From assembly GCA_964550285.1 (NCBI GenBank), contig CAZJYN010000001.1, positions 50,620-114,619 on the forward strand: a stretch of DNA of 64,000 nucleotides, written 5' to 3'. Source of the stretch: an uncultured Rubrivirga sp. Lineage in GTDB: Bacteria > Actinomycetota > Actinomycetes > S36-B12. Position numbers and translations under genes: made by a program. Below, in pieces: positions 39,696-48,954 of the stretch (positions within the stretch are counted from its first letter, which is position 1; every line of letters begins with the position of its first letter). The notes below the pieces were generated by a model, which saw only the letters and a list, made by a program, of their open reading frames with translations, had not been told where the DNA came from and did not search any database.

Positions 39696-40541
39696 GTGAT
39701 CGAGTACGACGGCCTGCCCACGTTGAACGATCCGATCCTGATCGCGGCGTTCGAGGGCTGGAACGACGCCGGTGAATCCGCCAGCGCGACCATCACGCAC
39801 CTGCGGGAGGCCTGGAACGCGGAGTTCATGACCGAACTCGATTCCGAGGACTACTACGACTATCAAGTGAACCGGCCGCACATCAGCGTCGACGAGTCCG
39901 GTGTGCGCCAACTCGATTGGCCCAGCACCCGCATCTTCCTGGCGCGGATACCCGGTCACACCCGAGACGTCGTCCTCGTGCAGGGCATCGAGCCCAATAT
40001 GCGCTGGCAACAGTTCACGCGGGAGATCTTGGGCTTGGCGGCCGAACTCGACGTCAATTTGGTCGTGACCGTTGCTGCATTGCTGTCCGATAGTCCGCAC
40101 ACTCGGCCGGTGCCGGTGACCGGGTCCACCGCTGACGCCCGGCTCGCCGCGGACTTCGATCTCGAGCCCACCACCTACGAGGGTCCCACCGGGATCGTCG
40201 GTGTGCTGCAGGAAGCCTGCCATCGGTTCGGCGTACCCGCGGTCTCGCTGTGGGCCGCGATCCCCCACTACGTCGGCCAGCCGCCGTGTCCGAAGGGCAC
40301 GTTGGCGCTAGTGCGCAAGATCGAGGACATCGTCGATGTTCCGGTGCCGCTCGGTGATCTCGTCGAGGAGGCTCGGGCCTGGGAGATCGGTGTCGATGAG
40401 TTAGCCGAGGACGACGACGAAGTCGCCGAGTACGTCCGCCAACTCGAGCAGGCTCGCGACACCACGGAACTGCCCGAAGCGACCGGGGAGGCCATCGCCA
40501 AGGAGTTCGAGCGCTACCTGCGTCGCCGCGACCCCCAGTAG
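39696..40541 (+). CDS. PAC2 (proteasome assembly chaperone 2-like) family protein (Rv2125-like)
   Basis: PILIAAFEGWNDAGESAS..., 281 aa with an acidic C-terminus, typical of the actinobacterial PAC2 family. Confidence 0.8.
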   Translation: MIEYDGLPTLNDPILIAAFEGWNDAGESASATITHLREAWNAEFMTELDSEDYYDYQVNRPHISVDESGVRQLDWPSTRIFLARIPGHTRDVVLVQGIEPNMRWQQFTREILGLAAELDVNLVVTVAALLSDSPHTRPVPVTGSTADARLAADFDLEPTTYEGPTGIVGVLQEACHRFGVPAVSLWAAIPHYVGQPPCPKGTLALVRKIEDIVDVPVPLGDLVEEARAWEIGVDELAEDDDEVAEYVRQLEQARDTTELPEATGEAIAKEFERYLRRRDPQ

Positions 40542-40542
40542 G

Positions 40543-40824
40543 TCAGTCGAGCAATTCGAAGATCGCGTCGACTCCCCCGGCGCTGTAGTGCACCCAGGAC
40601 TCACCGGATTGTTTTTCGACGTGGCGCTCGTATTCCAGGCGCCACTTGTTGAAGATGTCCCTCGTGTCTGCGCCGCGGGGTCTTTCGCGTTGCACTTCCC
40701 GCAGTGCGGCCCACCGACCCTCGAAGTACTTCACGCTCTGCCCGCTCGTCCCGGTCATCGATACCTTGCACAAGGGGGCACCTTTGGTGGCCGTATGCAG
40801 ATCCGCCTCGGCCTGCTCCAGCAT
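40543..40824 (-). CDS. hypothetical protein
   Basis: Start taken at the internal Met (MLEQAEADLH...) to avoid a 70-nt overlap with pgi. Good GC3 bias. No domain recognised. Confidence 0.45.
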   Translation of the reverse strand: MLEQAEADLHTATKGAPLCKVSMTGTSGQSVKYFEGRWAALREVQRERPRGADTRDIFNKWRLEYERHVEKQSGESWVHYSAGGVDAIFELLD

Positions 40825-40864
40825 CCGAGCCAATCGCAACCCGATATCGACGCCCACCTTCGAC

Positions 40865-42514
40865 CTAGCCTCCGCGCTGAGCGAGGTAGTCCGAAACCGA
40901 CGCACGCGTGGCCGGATCCAAGCTCGCATCCTCACTGCGACCGGCTTCGATGTCCGCCAAGATCCCCAATGCCACGTTCTTACCGAGTTCGACTCCCCAC
41001 TGGTCGAAGGAGTTGATCTGCCACACGGCTCCTTGCACGAACACGCTGTGCTCGTAGGCCGCGATCAGCGCGCCCAAAGTGAAGGGCGAGACCTCCGGAA
41101 GCATCAGTAGCGACACCGGGCGGTTGCCCGGCATCACCTTGTGTTCGATGAGTTCCTCGGGCACACCGCTTTCGCGTACTTCCTGCGCCGTCCGGCCCAC
41201 GGAGAGCACCGAAGCCTGGGCCAGTGCGTTGGCTACGAGCATGTCGTGCTGATCGTCCACCGCGGGTGTTCGCTCGATGGTTGGCAGTGCGCTGACGATG
41301 ATGTCGCAGGCGACGTCATCGGTGCCCTGGTGCAGAAGTTGGTAGAACGAGTGCTGGCCACCGGTTCCCGGCTCCCCCCAATACACCCCACCCGTGGGGT
41401 AATCCACGGGCGTCCCGTCACGACGTACTCGTTTTCCGTTGCTTTCCATGGTGAGTTGTTGCAGGTACGCCGGGAAGCGTGCGAGATCCTGCGAGTAAGG
41501 CAGGACTGCGGTGGTGGGGATACCGAGGAAGTCCCGGTTCCATACGGCAAGTAGTCCCATCATCACCGGTGCATTCGCTTCCAATGGCGCGGTTCGAAAA
41601 TGCTCATCCATGGCATGGAAGCCGTCCAGGAGTGCGCGAAAGCCCACCGGGCCGATAGCGATCATGGTGGACAACCCGATGGCGCTGTCCATCGAATACC
41701 GTCCACCGACCCAATCCCAGAACCCGAACATGTTCGCCGGATCGATGCCGAAGTCCTGCACTGCTTCGGCATTCGTCGATACGGCCACGAAATGCCGGGG
41801 GACGCCTTGTTCACCTAGCCGGGCGACGAGCCATTCGCGCGCCACGTGCGCGTTGGTCATCGTCTCCGCGGTGGTGAAGGTTTTGGAGGCGACGATCACC
41901 AAGGTGCGCTCCGGATCGAGATCCTGCAGGACCCGCAGCACATCGGCGGGGTCGACATTGGACACGAAGTGGCAGCGCAACCCCGGCTGCACGTGCTGGG
42001 CCAATGCGCGATAGGCCATCGCGGGACCGAGGTCCGAGCCGCCGATCCCGATATTCACGATCTCGGTGATGCGCTCGCCGGTCGCACCCCGCCACTCACC
42101 GGTGCGCACTTCCTGCGCGAAATCCGCCATGCGCTGCAACACCTCGTGCACGTCTGCCACCACGTCCTGGCCATCCACGTCCAGCGACGCCGACAACGGC
42201 AGCCGAAGCGCGGTGTGCAGCACGGCGCGGTCTTCGGTCACGTTGATGTGTTCTCCGTCGAACATGGCCTCCCGAAGCGCCTCGACTCCGGTCTCGCGGG
42301 CAAGTTGGACCAGCAGCCCTAACGCTTGGTCATCGACGCGTTGGCGCGAGTAGTCGAAGCCGATGCCGGCAGCTTGCAATCGGAGGTGATCCCTGGGTTG
42401 GCCAAGCAACTCGCGAACCGTCACGGCTGCGAACCGTTGCGTGTGTTGGGTGAGTGCGAGCCACGCTGGCGTCGACGTGGGATCGATGGCCGGCGGTAAC
42501 CCGGTGGCGTCCAT
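40865..42514 (-). CDS. pgi: glucose-6-phosphate isomerase
   Basis: 549 aa from ATG 42514 (MDATGLPP...); conserved PGI blocks ([21 protein letters not shown]). Confidence 0.95.
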   Translation of the reverse strand: MDATGLPPAIDPTSTPAWLALTQHTQRFAAVTVRELLGQPRDHLRLQAAGIGFDYSRQRVDDQALGLLVQLARETGVEALREAMFDGEHINVTEDRAVLHTALRLPLSASLDVDGQDVVADVHEVLQRMADFAQEVRTGEWRGATGERITEIVNIGIGGSDLGPAMAYRALAQHVQPGLRCHFVSNVDPADVLRVLQDLDPERTLVIVASKTFTTAETMTNAHVAREWLVARLGEQGVPRHFVAVSTNAEAVQDFGIDPANMFGFWDWVGGRYSMDSAIGLSTMIAIGPVGFRALLDGFHAMDEHFRTAPLEANAPVMMGLLAVWNRDFLGIPTTAVLPYSQDLARFPAYLQQLTMESNGKRVRRDGTPVDYPTGGVYWGEPGTGGQHSFYQLLHQGTDDVACDIIVSALPTIERTPAVDDQHDMLVANALAQASVLSVGRTAQEVRESGVPEELIEHKVMPGNRPVSLLMLPEVSPFTLGALIAAYEHSVFVQGAVWQINSFDQWGVELGKNVALGILADIEAGRSEDASLDPATRASVSDYLAQRGG

Positions 42515-42550
42515 GCCCGTAGCCTTCCACCGTCGGAAATTGGAGGCGAC

Positions 42551-43579
42551 ATGGACACTCGACGCACGCTCGGCATGGTCGGATTCGGGCGCATGGGAGC
42601 AGGCTTGACCACCCGTGCGATCGCTGCCGGCACGGACGTGGTGGTCGTCGACCCCGATCCGCAAACCCCAGAGCGCGCCCGATCGCTCGGGGCCGGCACG
42701 GCCGAATCATTAGCAGCCCTCGTCGATGCGCTGCCGAGTCCTCGAACGGTCTGGATCATGGTTCCAGCCGGATCGATCACCGATGCTGTCATCGATGAAC
42801 TCGGCGGCCTGCTATCCCCCGGTGATGTCCTCATCGATGGCGGCAACTCCAACTACCGGGACGACATCCACCACGCGCAAGCGCTCGCCGACAAAGGCGT
42901 CGAGTTCATCGACGTCGGGACTTCGGGTGGTGTCTGGGGCGCCGAACGTGGCTTTTGCCTGATGATCGGTGGACCGACGGAGCCCGTCCAAGCGCTATCG
43001 GACCTTTGGGACGCCCTCGCGCCGGGCGAGCAAGCGGCCTCGCGGACACCCGGTCGAACCGGCGATGCCTCTCCGGCCGAGCGGGGCTGGCTGCATTGCG
43101 GGCCCAGCGGTGCGGGGCACTTCGTGAAGATGGTGCACAACGGCATCGAATATGCCCTCATGGCCGCCTACGCCGAGGGCTTGTCGATCCTCGAGCACGC
43201 AAACGCAGGAGCCGCGACGGGGGCAACGGACTCCGAGACCGCTCCCCTGTCCCATCCCGAGTACTACCGCTACGACCTCCCGATCGCCGATGTCGCCGAG
43301 GTCTGGCGGCGCGGCTCGGTCATCGGCTCGTGGCTGCTGGATCTAACTGCCGCGGCGTTGGTCGAGGATCCACAGCTCGAGGCGTTCAGCGGACGGGTAT
43401 CGGACTCCGGTGAGGGCCGGTGGACGGCGATCGCCGCCATCGAGGAAGGGGTCCCGGCTCCGGTGATCACCGCGGCGTTGCTGGAGCGGTTCGCAACGCA
43501 AGGCACGGACGTGTTCGCCGGTCAGCTCCTCAGCGCGATGCGGGCGCAGTTCGGCGGGCACGCCGAGAAGCCCGGCTAG
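42551..43579 (+). CDS. gnd: 6-phosphogluconate dehydrogenase, decarboxylating (short Gnd-like form)
   Basis: [12 protein letters not shown] Rossmann motif, [14 protein letters not shown]; SD ggagg upstream. Confidence 0.85.
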   Translation: MDTRRTLGMVGFGRMGAGLTTRAIAAGTDVVVVDPDPQTPERARSLGAGTAESLAALVDALPSPRTVWIMVPAGSITDAVIDELGGLLSPGDVLIDGGNSNYRDDIHHAQALADKGVEFIDVGTSGGVWGAERGFCLMIGGPTEPVQALSDLWDALAPGEQAASRTPGRTGDASPAERGWLHCGPSGAGHFVKMVHNGIEYALMAAYAEGLSILEHANAGAATGATDSETAPLSHPEYYRYDLPIADVAEVWRRGSVIGSWLLDLTAAALVEDPQLEAFSGRVSDSGEGRWTAIAAIEEGVPAPVITAALLERFATQGTDVFAGQLLSAMRAQFGGHAEKPG

Positions 43580-44838
43580 TTACCTTCCGGCTCCAACCGC
43601 ACACCGAGCAGCGCGTCGCTCGCGGCGGCGATGAGGGCACCGGTTTCGCTAGCGGCACGCCCCTCCGCGTTCGAGGCCGACGATGATCGCAGGGCGCGGT
43701 GCGCCCAATCGTCCAACGCGTCCAGCGCAGCCGGGGAGCGTAGGTCGTCGGCCAAGGCTTCGCGCATCCGCTCGAGGGTTGACTCAGCCGGTGGCGGGTC
43801 GGACACGGCTATCGCCGCACGCAAACGGGCTAGCCGCTCGGCGGCCCCTTCGAGACCATGCGGCGTCCAGGCCCAGTCGGTTCGGTAGTGGTGGGCCAGC
43901 AACGCCAAGCGGATCGCCATGGGATCCACACCCTCGTGTCTGAGCGCCGATACGAAGACCAGGTTCCCGCGCGACTTGCTCATCTTCTGGCCCTGCCAAG
44001 CGACCATGCCCGAGTGGACGTAGTGGCGCGCGAAAGGCCACTGTTCGGTGATCATCTGGGCTTCCGAAGCGCCCATCTCGTGATGCGGGAAGGCAAGATC
44101 CGAGCCGCCGCCTTGCACGTCGATCGTCATGCCCAGGAAGTCCAACGCGATGGCCGCACACTCGATGTGCCACCCGGGACGGCCATGACCAAGGGGCGTA
44201 TCCCACGCCGGTTCATCGGCACGTGCCGATTGCCAGACCAGGCAGTCGAGTGGGTGTTCCTTGCCGGGTCGGTCGGGGTCTCCACCGCGTTCGGCGAACA
44301 AGGCGATCATCGTCTCCTCGTCCAAGTGCGTGACCGAGCCGAAGTTCGGATCACTGCGCACGCGGAAGTAGAGGTCGTCGTCTACGGCATAGACCTGGCC
44401 CTTTTCTTGCAGTCCGGCGACGTAACCGGCCACGGATGGAATGGACTCAACCGCCCCGATGTAATCGTTCGGCGGCAGGACCCGTAGCGCCTGCATATCC
44501 TCGCGAAAGAGCGCGGTCTCGCGGTCTGCGATCGATCGCCAATCCTGTCCGGTGGCGACGGCTCGCTCCAGCAGTGGATCGTCGATGTCGGTGACGTTTT
44601 GCACGTAGCGGACGTCGTGCCCGCTATCGCGCCAGATGCGATGCAGCAGGTCGAAGGCGACGTAGGTGTTGGCGTGGCCGATGTGGGTTGCGTCGTACGG
44701 AGTGATGCCACAGACGTACATCGTTGCGACGGGACCGGGGGCACTCGCTCGCACCTGACCGGTGGCGGTATCGAACAGTCGAAGAGGTGGGGCGTTTCCC
44801 GGCAGTTCCGGCAACTGCACGCTAGGCCAGGCTCGCAC
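43576..44838 (-). CDS. mshC: cysteine--1-D-myo-inosityl 2-amino-2-deoxy-alpha-D-glucopyranoside ligase (mycothiol ligase)
   Basis: CysRS paralogue of 420 aa: [19 protein letters not shown] (HIGH), KMSKSRGN. Lacks the anticodon-binding extension. Confidence 0.9.
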   Translation of the reverse strand: MRAWPSVQLPELPGNAPPLRLFDTATGQVRASAPGPVATMYVCGITPYDATHIGHANTYVAFDLLHRIWRDSGHDVRYVQNVTDIDDPLLERAVATGQDWRSIADRETALFREDMQALRVLPPNDYIGAVESIPSVAGYVAGLQEKGQVYAVDDDLYFRVRSDPNFGSVTHLDEETMIALFAERGGDPDRPGKEHPLDCLVWQSARADEPAWDTPLGHGRPGWHIECAAIALDFLGMTIDVQGGGSDLAFPHHEMGASEAQMITEQWPFARHYVHSGMVAWQGQKMSKSRGNLVFVSALRHEGVDPMAIRLALLAHHYRTDWAWTPHGLEGAAERLARLRAAIAVSDPPPAESTLERMREALADDLRSPAALDALDDWAHRALRSSSASNAEGRAASETGALIAAASDALLGVRLEPEGN

Positions 44839-44844
44839 GGGGTG

Positions 44845-44850
44845 ACCCTA
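44845..44850 (-). promoter_or_regulatory. -10 hexamer TAGGGT, predicted leaderless promoter of mshC
   Basis: Reverse complement of acccta; 6-nt spacer to GTG at 44838. Confidence 0.45.
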
Positions 44851-44904
44851 CCGACGCACCGATCGCTGATGGGCCGCACCGGCATCTGCTGGTCGCGTGC
44901 CGGG

Positions 44905-45684
44905 CTAGAACACCGGCCACGGAATCGCCGGCCAGTCCTGGCTCGGCGCCGGGAATCGTCCGGTGCGCAGCAGTTCGGCGACCCGACCCCGCAACGCCCG
45001 CACCTCGCCGCGGTCCAGCCACCGCTCGAGTTCGGGAAGACCCTCTGCCAAGCACTGATCCAAGCCCGTGAGTGCACCTAGGGCGGCGTCGTCGATGGTG
45101 CGCTCGGCCCAACCCCACAGCACCGTGCGCAGTTTCGGCTCGACCGACAACGTGACGCCGTGATCTACGCCCCACAGTCGCCCGGAGGTGTCGGTGATGA
45201 CGTGGCCGCCCTTGCGATCACCGTTGTTGATGACGGCGTCGAGCACGGCCATCTGCTGCAGGCGGGGATCATCGGCGTGCACGAGGACCAGCGGATTTCC
45301 CAACCCGTCGCTGGCCCGAAGTACCGTCAGCCAACCTTCGGGCACCTGGTCGGGGGCGACCACATCCACCAGCCTGGCCTCATCGTCCTCCGGCACCCAC
45401 ACTTGGAGCATCCCGGCACCGGCTGGACCGTCCTCGCGCCAAACCGTCGGGGGGATCAAGCCGAATCCCAAGATCCGATCGACCTCGTAGCAAGCGATCT
45501 CACGACCGGTAAGCGTCCCCTCGGGGAAATCCCACAATGGGCGTTCACCACGCCTGGGCTTGTAGACGATCGGGACGCCGGTTTCCAACGTGCATCGCAG
45601 GGTCGCGTTGCTGGCCCCGAATACACGACCTTCGATGTCGAAGGCGCATGAGCGCAACGCTTCAAGCGCGCTATCTGGGTTCAT
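44905..45684 (-). CDS. SCO1664 family protein (PI3/PI4-kinase-like fold, Rv2133c-like)
   Basis: Start at ATG 45684 (ATGA overlap with the upstream stop). Motifs VYKP, NNGDRKGGH and GVDHG resemble lipid-kinase catalytic/activation loops. Confidence 0.75.
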   Translation of the reverse strand: MNPDSALEALRSCAFDIEGRVFGASNATLRCTLETGVPIVYKPRRGERPLWDFPEGTLTGREIACYEVDRILGFGLIPPTVWREDGPAGAGMLQVWVPEDDEARLVDVVAPDQVPEGWLTVLRASDGLGNPLVLVHADDPRLQQMAVLDAVINNGDRKGGHVITDTSGRLWGVDHGVTLSVEPKLRTVLWGWAERTIDDAALGALTGLDQCLAEGLPELERWLDRGEVRALRGRVAELLRTGRFPAPSQDWPAIPWPVF

Positions 45685-46250
45685 CCCCGGCGCTTGTAAC
45701 CGTTGGCCCGCGCACATATGTGCCCTTGAGGATCCAGCGGCTGCTGGCAAAACGGGCAGGTCGGTCGCCCGCTGGAGATGACCGAGCGGGTCCGTTCGGC
45801 GAACGCACGCGCATAGGGCGCGGAAAGCCACACCCGCAGGGTGTCTGGGCCGTCTGCGTCGTCGTCGGCGAGTTCGGGAGGTTCGAAATCATCTTCCTCG
45901 GAGACGGCATGTGCCTCGATGACGACCAGGTTGTTGGCCTCGTCCCAGCCCAATGCCATCGCTCCGACGCGGAACTCCTCTTCGAGGGGAACATCGAGGG
46001 GCGATTCATCGCTCAATTCCACCGGCGCTTTCGCGGGTATAGCTTCCTCGGGGGCACGACTGCCGCGTACCTCGTCGAGCAATTGATCGATGCGCTCGGC
46101 CAGGACGCTGGCCTGTTGCTTCTCGCACGAGGCGGTCGTGACCTCCGATCCTGAACGTGCCTGCAGGAAGAAGGTGCGCTCCCCCGGCATACCCACGGTG
46201 CCCACGACGAAGCGCTCCGGTAGGCGGTATTCGAAGATCCGACGATTCAT
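45681..46250 (-). CDS. DUF3090 domain-containing protein (Rv2134c-like)
   Basis: MNRRIFEYRLPERFVVGTVGMPGERTFFLQARSG...; C-terminal CPFCQQPLDPQGHIC zinc-knuckle-like motif. Confidence 0.75.
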   Translation of the reverse strand: MNRRIFEYRLPERFVVGTVGMPGERTFFLQARSGSEVTTASCEKQQASVLAERIDQLLDEVRGSRAPEEAIPAKAPVELSDESPLDVPLEEEFRVGAMALGWDEANNLVVIEAHAVSEEDDFEPPELADDDADGPDTLRVWLSAPYARAFAERTRSVISSGRPTCPFCQQPLDPQGHICARANGYKRRG

Positions 46251-46951
46251 CGCCCGGCTCCCCCGCCGACTGCAGCATCCGAGCCGGCTGCCTTCTTGCC
46301 GGTCTTGCCCTTCCTACGCGGATGCAAGAAGGACAGGTCCGATCCGGTGTCGTTGGTGCGGATGACGAACGGACGAAGGGTGGTGTACTCGATAATGCAC
46401 ATCGAGCCCGGATCGACCGATATCCGCTGGAACTGGTCGAGGTGGATGCCCAGTGCATCTGCGACGATCGCCTTGATGACGTCGCCGTGGCTGACCATCG
46501 CATACGTGGCCTTCTCGCCCAATTCGGTGTTGTAGGAGCGCACCGCGTCGACCGCCCGCTGTTGCATCGCCCGCATCGATTCACCACCGGGGAATGTAAC
46601 GGCGCTGGGGTGGCCTTGAACCTGCTTCCACAACGGTTCCTTAGTGAGCTTCTTGAGTTCGCGTCCCGTCCACTCCCCGTAGTGGCACTCGACGATCCGA
46701 TCGTCGATGCGCAGATCCAGCGGATTGCCGTTATCGCTTTGGATCCGGGCGATGGCTTCCGCGGTCTGCTGCGTGCGCTCGAGCGGCGAGGAGATCAAAC
46801 CCGTCAGGCGGACGCCGGCGAGGCGTCCGGCTACCCGATCGGCCTGCTCGAGCCCGGTGTCGTCGAGATCGACACCCGGGCTCGTGCCCGCCAGCACTCC
46901 CTGGGCGTTCGCCGCTGTGCGGCCATGACGGATCAGCAGGCACGTTGGCAC
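46247..46951 (-). CDS. histidine phosphatase family protein (MSMEG_4193/Rv2135c-type putative phosphomutase)
   Basis: LIRHGRTAAN (RHG) and VSHGDVI catalytic His motifs; 4-nt overlap with the DUF3090 gene. Confidence 0.85.
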   Translation of the reverse strand: MPTCLLIRHGRTAANAQGVLAGTSPGVDLDDTGLEQADRVAGRLAGVRLTGLISSPLERTQQTAEAIARIQSDNGNPLDLRIDDRIVECHYGEWTGRELKKLTKEPLWKQVQGHPSAVTFPGGESMRAMQQRAVDAVRSYNTELGEKATYAMVSHGDVIKAIVADALGIHLDQFQRISVDPGSMCIIEYTTLRPFVIRTNDTGSDLSFLHPRRKGKTGKKAAGSDAAVGGGAGR

Positions 46952-46957
46952 GACGCC

Positions 46958-46963
46958 ACCTTA
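46958..46963 (-). promoter_or_regulatory. -10 hexamer TAAGGT, predicted leaderless promoter of the phosphomutase-DUF3090-SCO1664 operon
   Basis: Reverse complement of acctta; 6-nt spacer to GTG at 46951. Confidence 0.45.
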
Positions 46964-47074
46964 AGAGGTGGACTGCACTGCGGCAGGTTGACGCAGCGCA
47001 GGTCACAGTGTGCACGAGGCGACGTTCGCGGTCAGCGCAAATCCGCTCGGGCGAAGTGCCCGCACAGTGGCAAG

Positions 47075-48121
47075 ATGGCACCCGTGATCCGGGGCGTGGG
47101 TGTCTACCACCCGGATGGATCGGTCGATGGAATCGACGATTCAGCACACCACGTGCCCGCCGACCATGACTTCACCGGTGAGCAAACCCGAGAACTACTC
47201 GTGCGCATGCGCGATCAAGCCCTGGATCTGCCCGGCGGCTTCGCCTGGATCGGACTGTTGGAGCCCACCAAGGCGGAGTTGGCGATGGTCGCGGAGATCT
47301 TCGCGCTGGAGCCCCTCCAGGTTGAGGACGCTGCGAACCCACGGCAACGGGCCAAGGTGGATATCTCCGAGGAGGGTGAACTCTTCACGGTGCTGAAGAC
47401 CCTCGGATACGACGGTGAATCCAGCGAGGTCAAGACCGGGCAGGTGGCCATCTTCACCGGGCCCGGGTACGCGATCACCGTTCGACACGGTGAGCACGGA
47501 GATCTCACGGCTGTCCGTAGTCGGATCCGCGCAAGCAAGGTGCTACGTACCCACGGACCGCTATCGGTCCTGTACTCGATCATGGACACGACGGTCGACG
47601 GATACCTCGCGGTAGTGGACGAGGTGACCGAGGACGTAGGTGAAGTCGAGACGTCGGTTTTCGGCATGACCCCCTCACCGAGCGTTACGCAGCTGATCTA
47701 CGAGCTCAAGCGCGAGAACATGGTCGTCCGCCGGGCCGTGCACCCACTATTTCGAGTGGCACACGATTTCGCCGACGAAGTGTTCGTGGCCATCCCTGAG
47801 GATCTGCGGCCGTATTTCCGTGACGTCGGAGAGCACATCCTGCGCGTCAACGATGCCGTCGAATCGATGGACTCGCTCCTGATGACGATGCTTATGGCAA
47901 GCACGGCGATGCGTGACCTGCAACAAAACGCCGATGCGCGCAAGATCTCCGCCTGGGTTGCGATAGCCGCTGTTCCTACCGTTGCGGGCGGAATTTACGG
48001 AATGAATTTCGAGTACATGCCCGAGTTGTCCTGGCAGTGGAGTTACCCGGTGGTGCTGGCGGTGATCATCGGCGTCTGCCTGCTGCTGTTTCGGGGATTC
48101 AAGCGCAACGGCTGGCTCTAG
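47075..48121 (+). CDS. corA: magnesium/cobalt transporter CorA
   Basis: Start at ATG 47075 inside the artefactually long ORF 46157..48121. YGMNFEYMPEL (GMN motif) between two C-terminal TM helices. Confidence 0.9.
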   Translation: MAPVIRGVGVYHPDGSVDGIDDSAHHVPADHDFTGEQTRELLVRMRDQALDLPGGFAWIGLLEPTKAELAMVAEIFALEPLQVEDAANPRQRAKVDISEEGELFTVLKTLGYDGESSEVKTGQVAIFTGPGYAITVRHGEHGDLTAVRSRIRASKVLRTHGPLSVLYSIMDTTVDGYLAVVDEVTEDVGEVETSVFGMTPSPSVTQLIYELKRENMVVRRAVHPLFRVAHDFADEVFVAIPEDLRPYFRDVGEHILRVNDAVESMDSLLMTMLMASTAMRDLQQNADARKISAWVAIAAVPTVAGGIYGMNFEYMPELSWQWSYPVVLAVIIGVCLLLFRGFKRNGWL

Positions 48122-48954
48122 GTGGCGGCCAGCACTCCGGTGGCCAGCAAGACCAGCAGCGCGCTTCCCAGGACAACCCGGTAGATGACGAACGGCAGGT
48201 AGGAGCGCGTGGTGACCCAACGGATCAACCACGCGATGACCAGGTAACCGATCACCAGCGCGATCGCCGTCGCTAGCAGGGTTTGCCCCCATTGGACGCT
48301 CGGATCATCACCGATCTTGGTGGCTTCGTACAGGCCCGAAGCCAGCACCGCGGGTATTGCCAATAAGAACGCGTACCGAGTAGCTGCGTACCGGGAATAG
48401 CCCAGCGCCAACCCGGTGGAGATGGTTGCCCCTGAACGCGAGACGCCGGGAATGAGAGCGAGAGCTTGGCCGAGACCGAATAGCAGGCCATCGCGTACCC
48501 CGAGCGAGTCGATCTCCTTGCGCTTGGGCCCCCAGCGATCGGCGATTCCCAGCACCACGCCGAAGACGATCAAGACGGTGGCGACCAGCCACAGGTTCCG
48601 CGCCGCGGTTTCGATCCAATTCGCGAAGGTCAAGCCGATGATGGCGATCGGCAGCGTGCCGATGATGATGTACCAGCCCATGCGAGCATCGAGTTCCCCG
48701 CGTAGTTCCGATCGCCATAACGATCGCGTCCAGGTGCTCAGGATGCGGGCGATGTCCTTGCGGAAGTAGATCAACACCGCTGCTTCGGTGCCGATCTGGG
48801 ACACCGCTGTGAAGGCTGCCCCTGGATCACCCCAGCCGAATAGTCGAGAGACGATCAGGATGTGCGCCGACGAGGAAATCGGCAGAAACTCGGTCAACCC
48901 CTGGACGACGCCAAGTACGACCGCCTCGAACCAGGAGACGCCCGTATCCATCAA
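48118..48954 (-). CDS. uppP: undecaprenyl-diphosphate phosphatase
   Basis: VVQGLTEFLPISSSAHL-like motif (GLTEFLPISSSAHILIV) and PGVSRSGATI; 8 TM. Confidence 0.9.
   Translation of the reverse strand: MMDTGVSWFEAVVLGVVQGLTEFLPISSSAHILIVSRLFGWGDPGAAFTAVSQIGTEAAVLIYFRKDIARILSTWTRSLWRSELRGELDARMGWYIIIGTLPIAIIGLTFANWIETAARNLWLVATVLIVFGVVLGIADRWGPKRKEIDSLGVRDGLLFGLGQALALIPGVSRSGATISTGLALGYSRYAATRYAFLLAIPAVLASGLYEATKIGDDPSVQWGQTLLATAIALVIGYLVIAWLIRWVTTRSYLPFVIYRVVLGSALLVLLATGVLAAT

Noticed and set aside
46157-47074. 5' two-fifths of the 654-aa ORF 46157..48121, which would give CorA a 300-aa N-terminal extension.
   Set aside because: This part is antisense to the well-supported histidine-phosphatase and DUF3090 genes and has a junk-like composition. 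The CorA homology begins at ATG 47075.
46952-47074. Possible Mg2+-sensing (M-box) leader before corA.
   Set aside because: The region is only about 120 nt, shorter than an M-box. I see no recognisable conserved M-box core, only a small ccacc/ggtgg hairpin.
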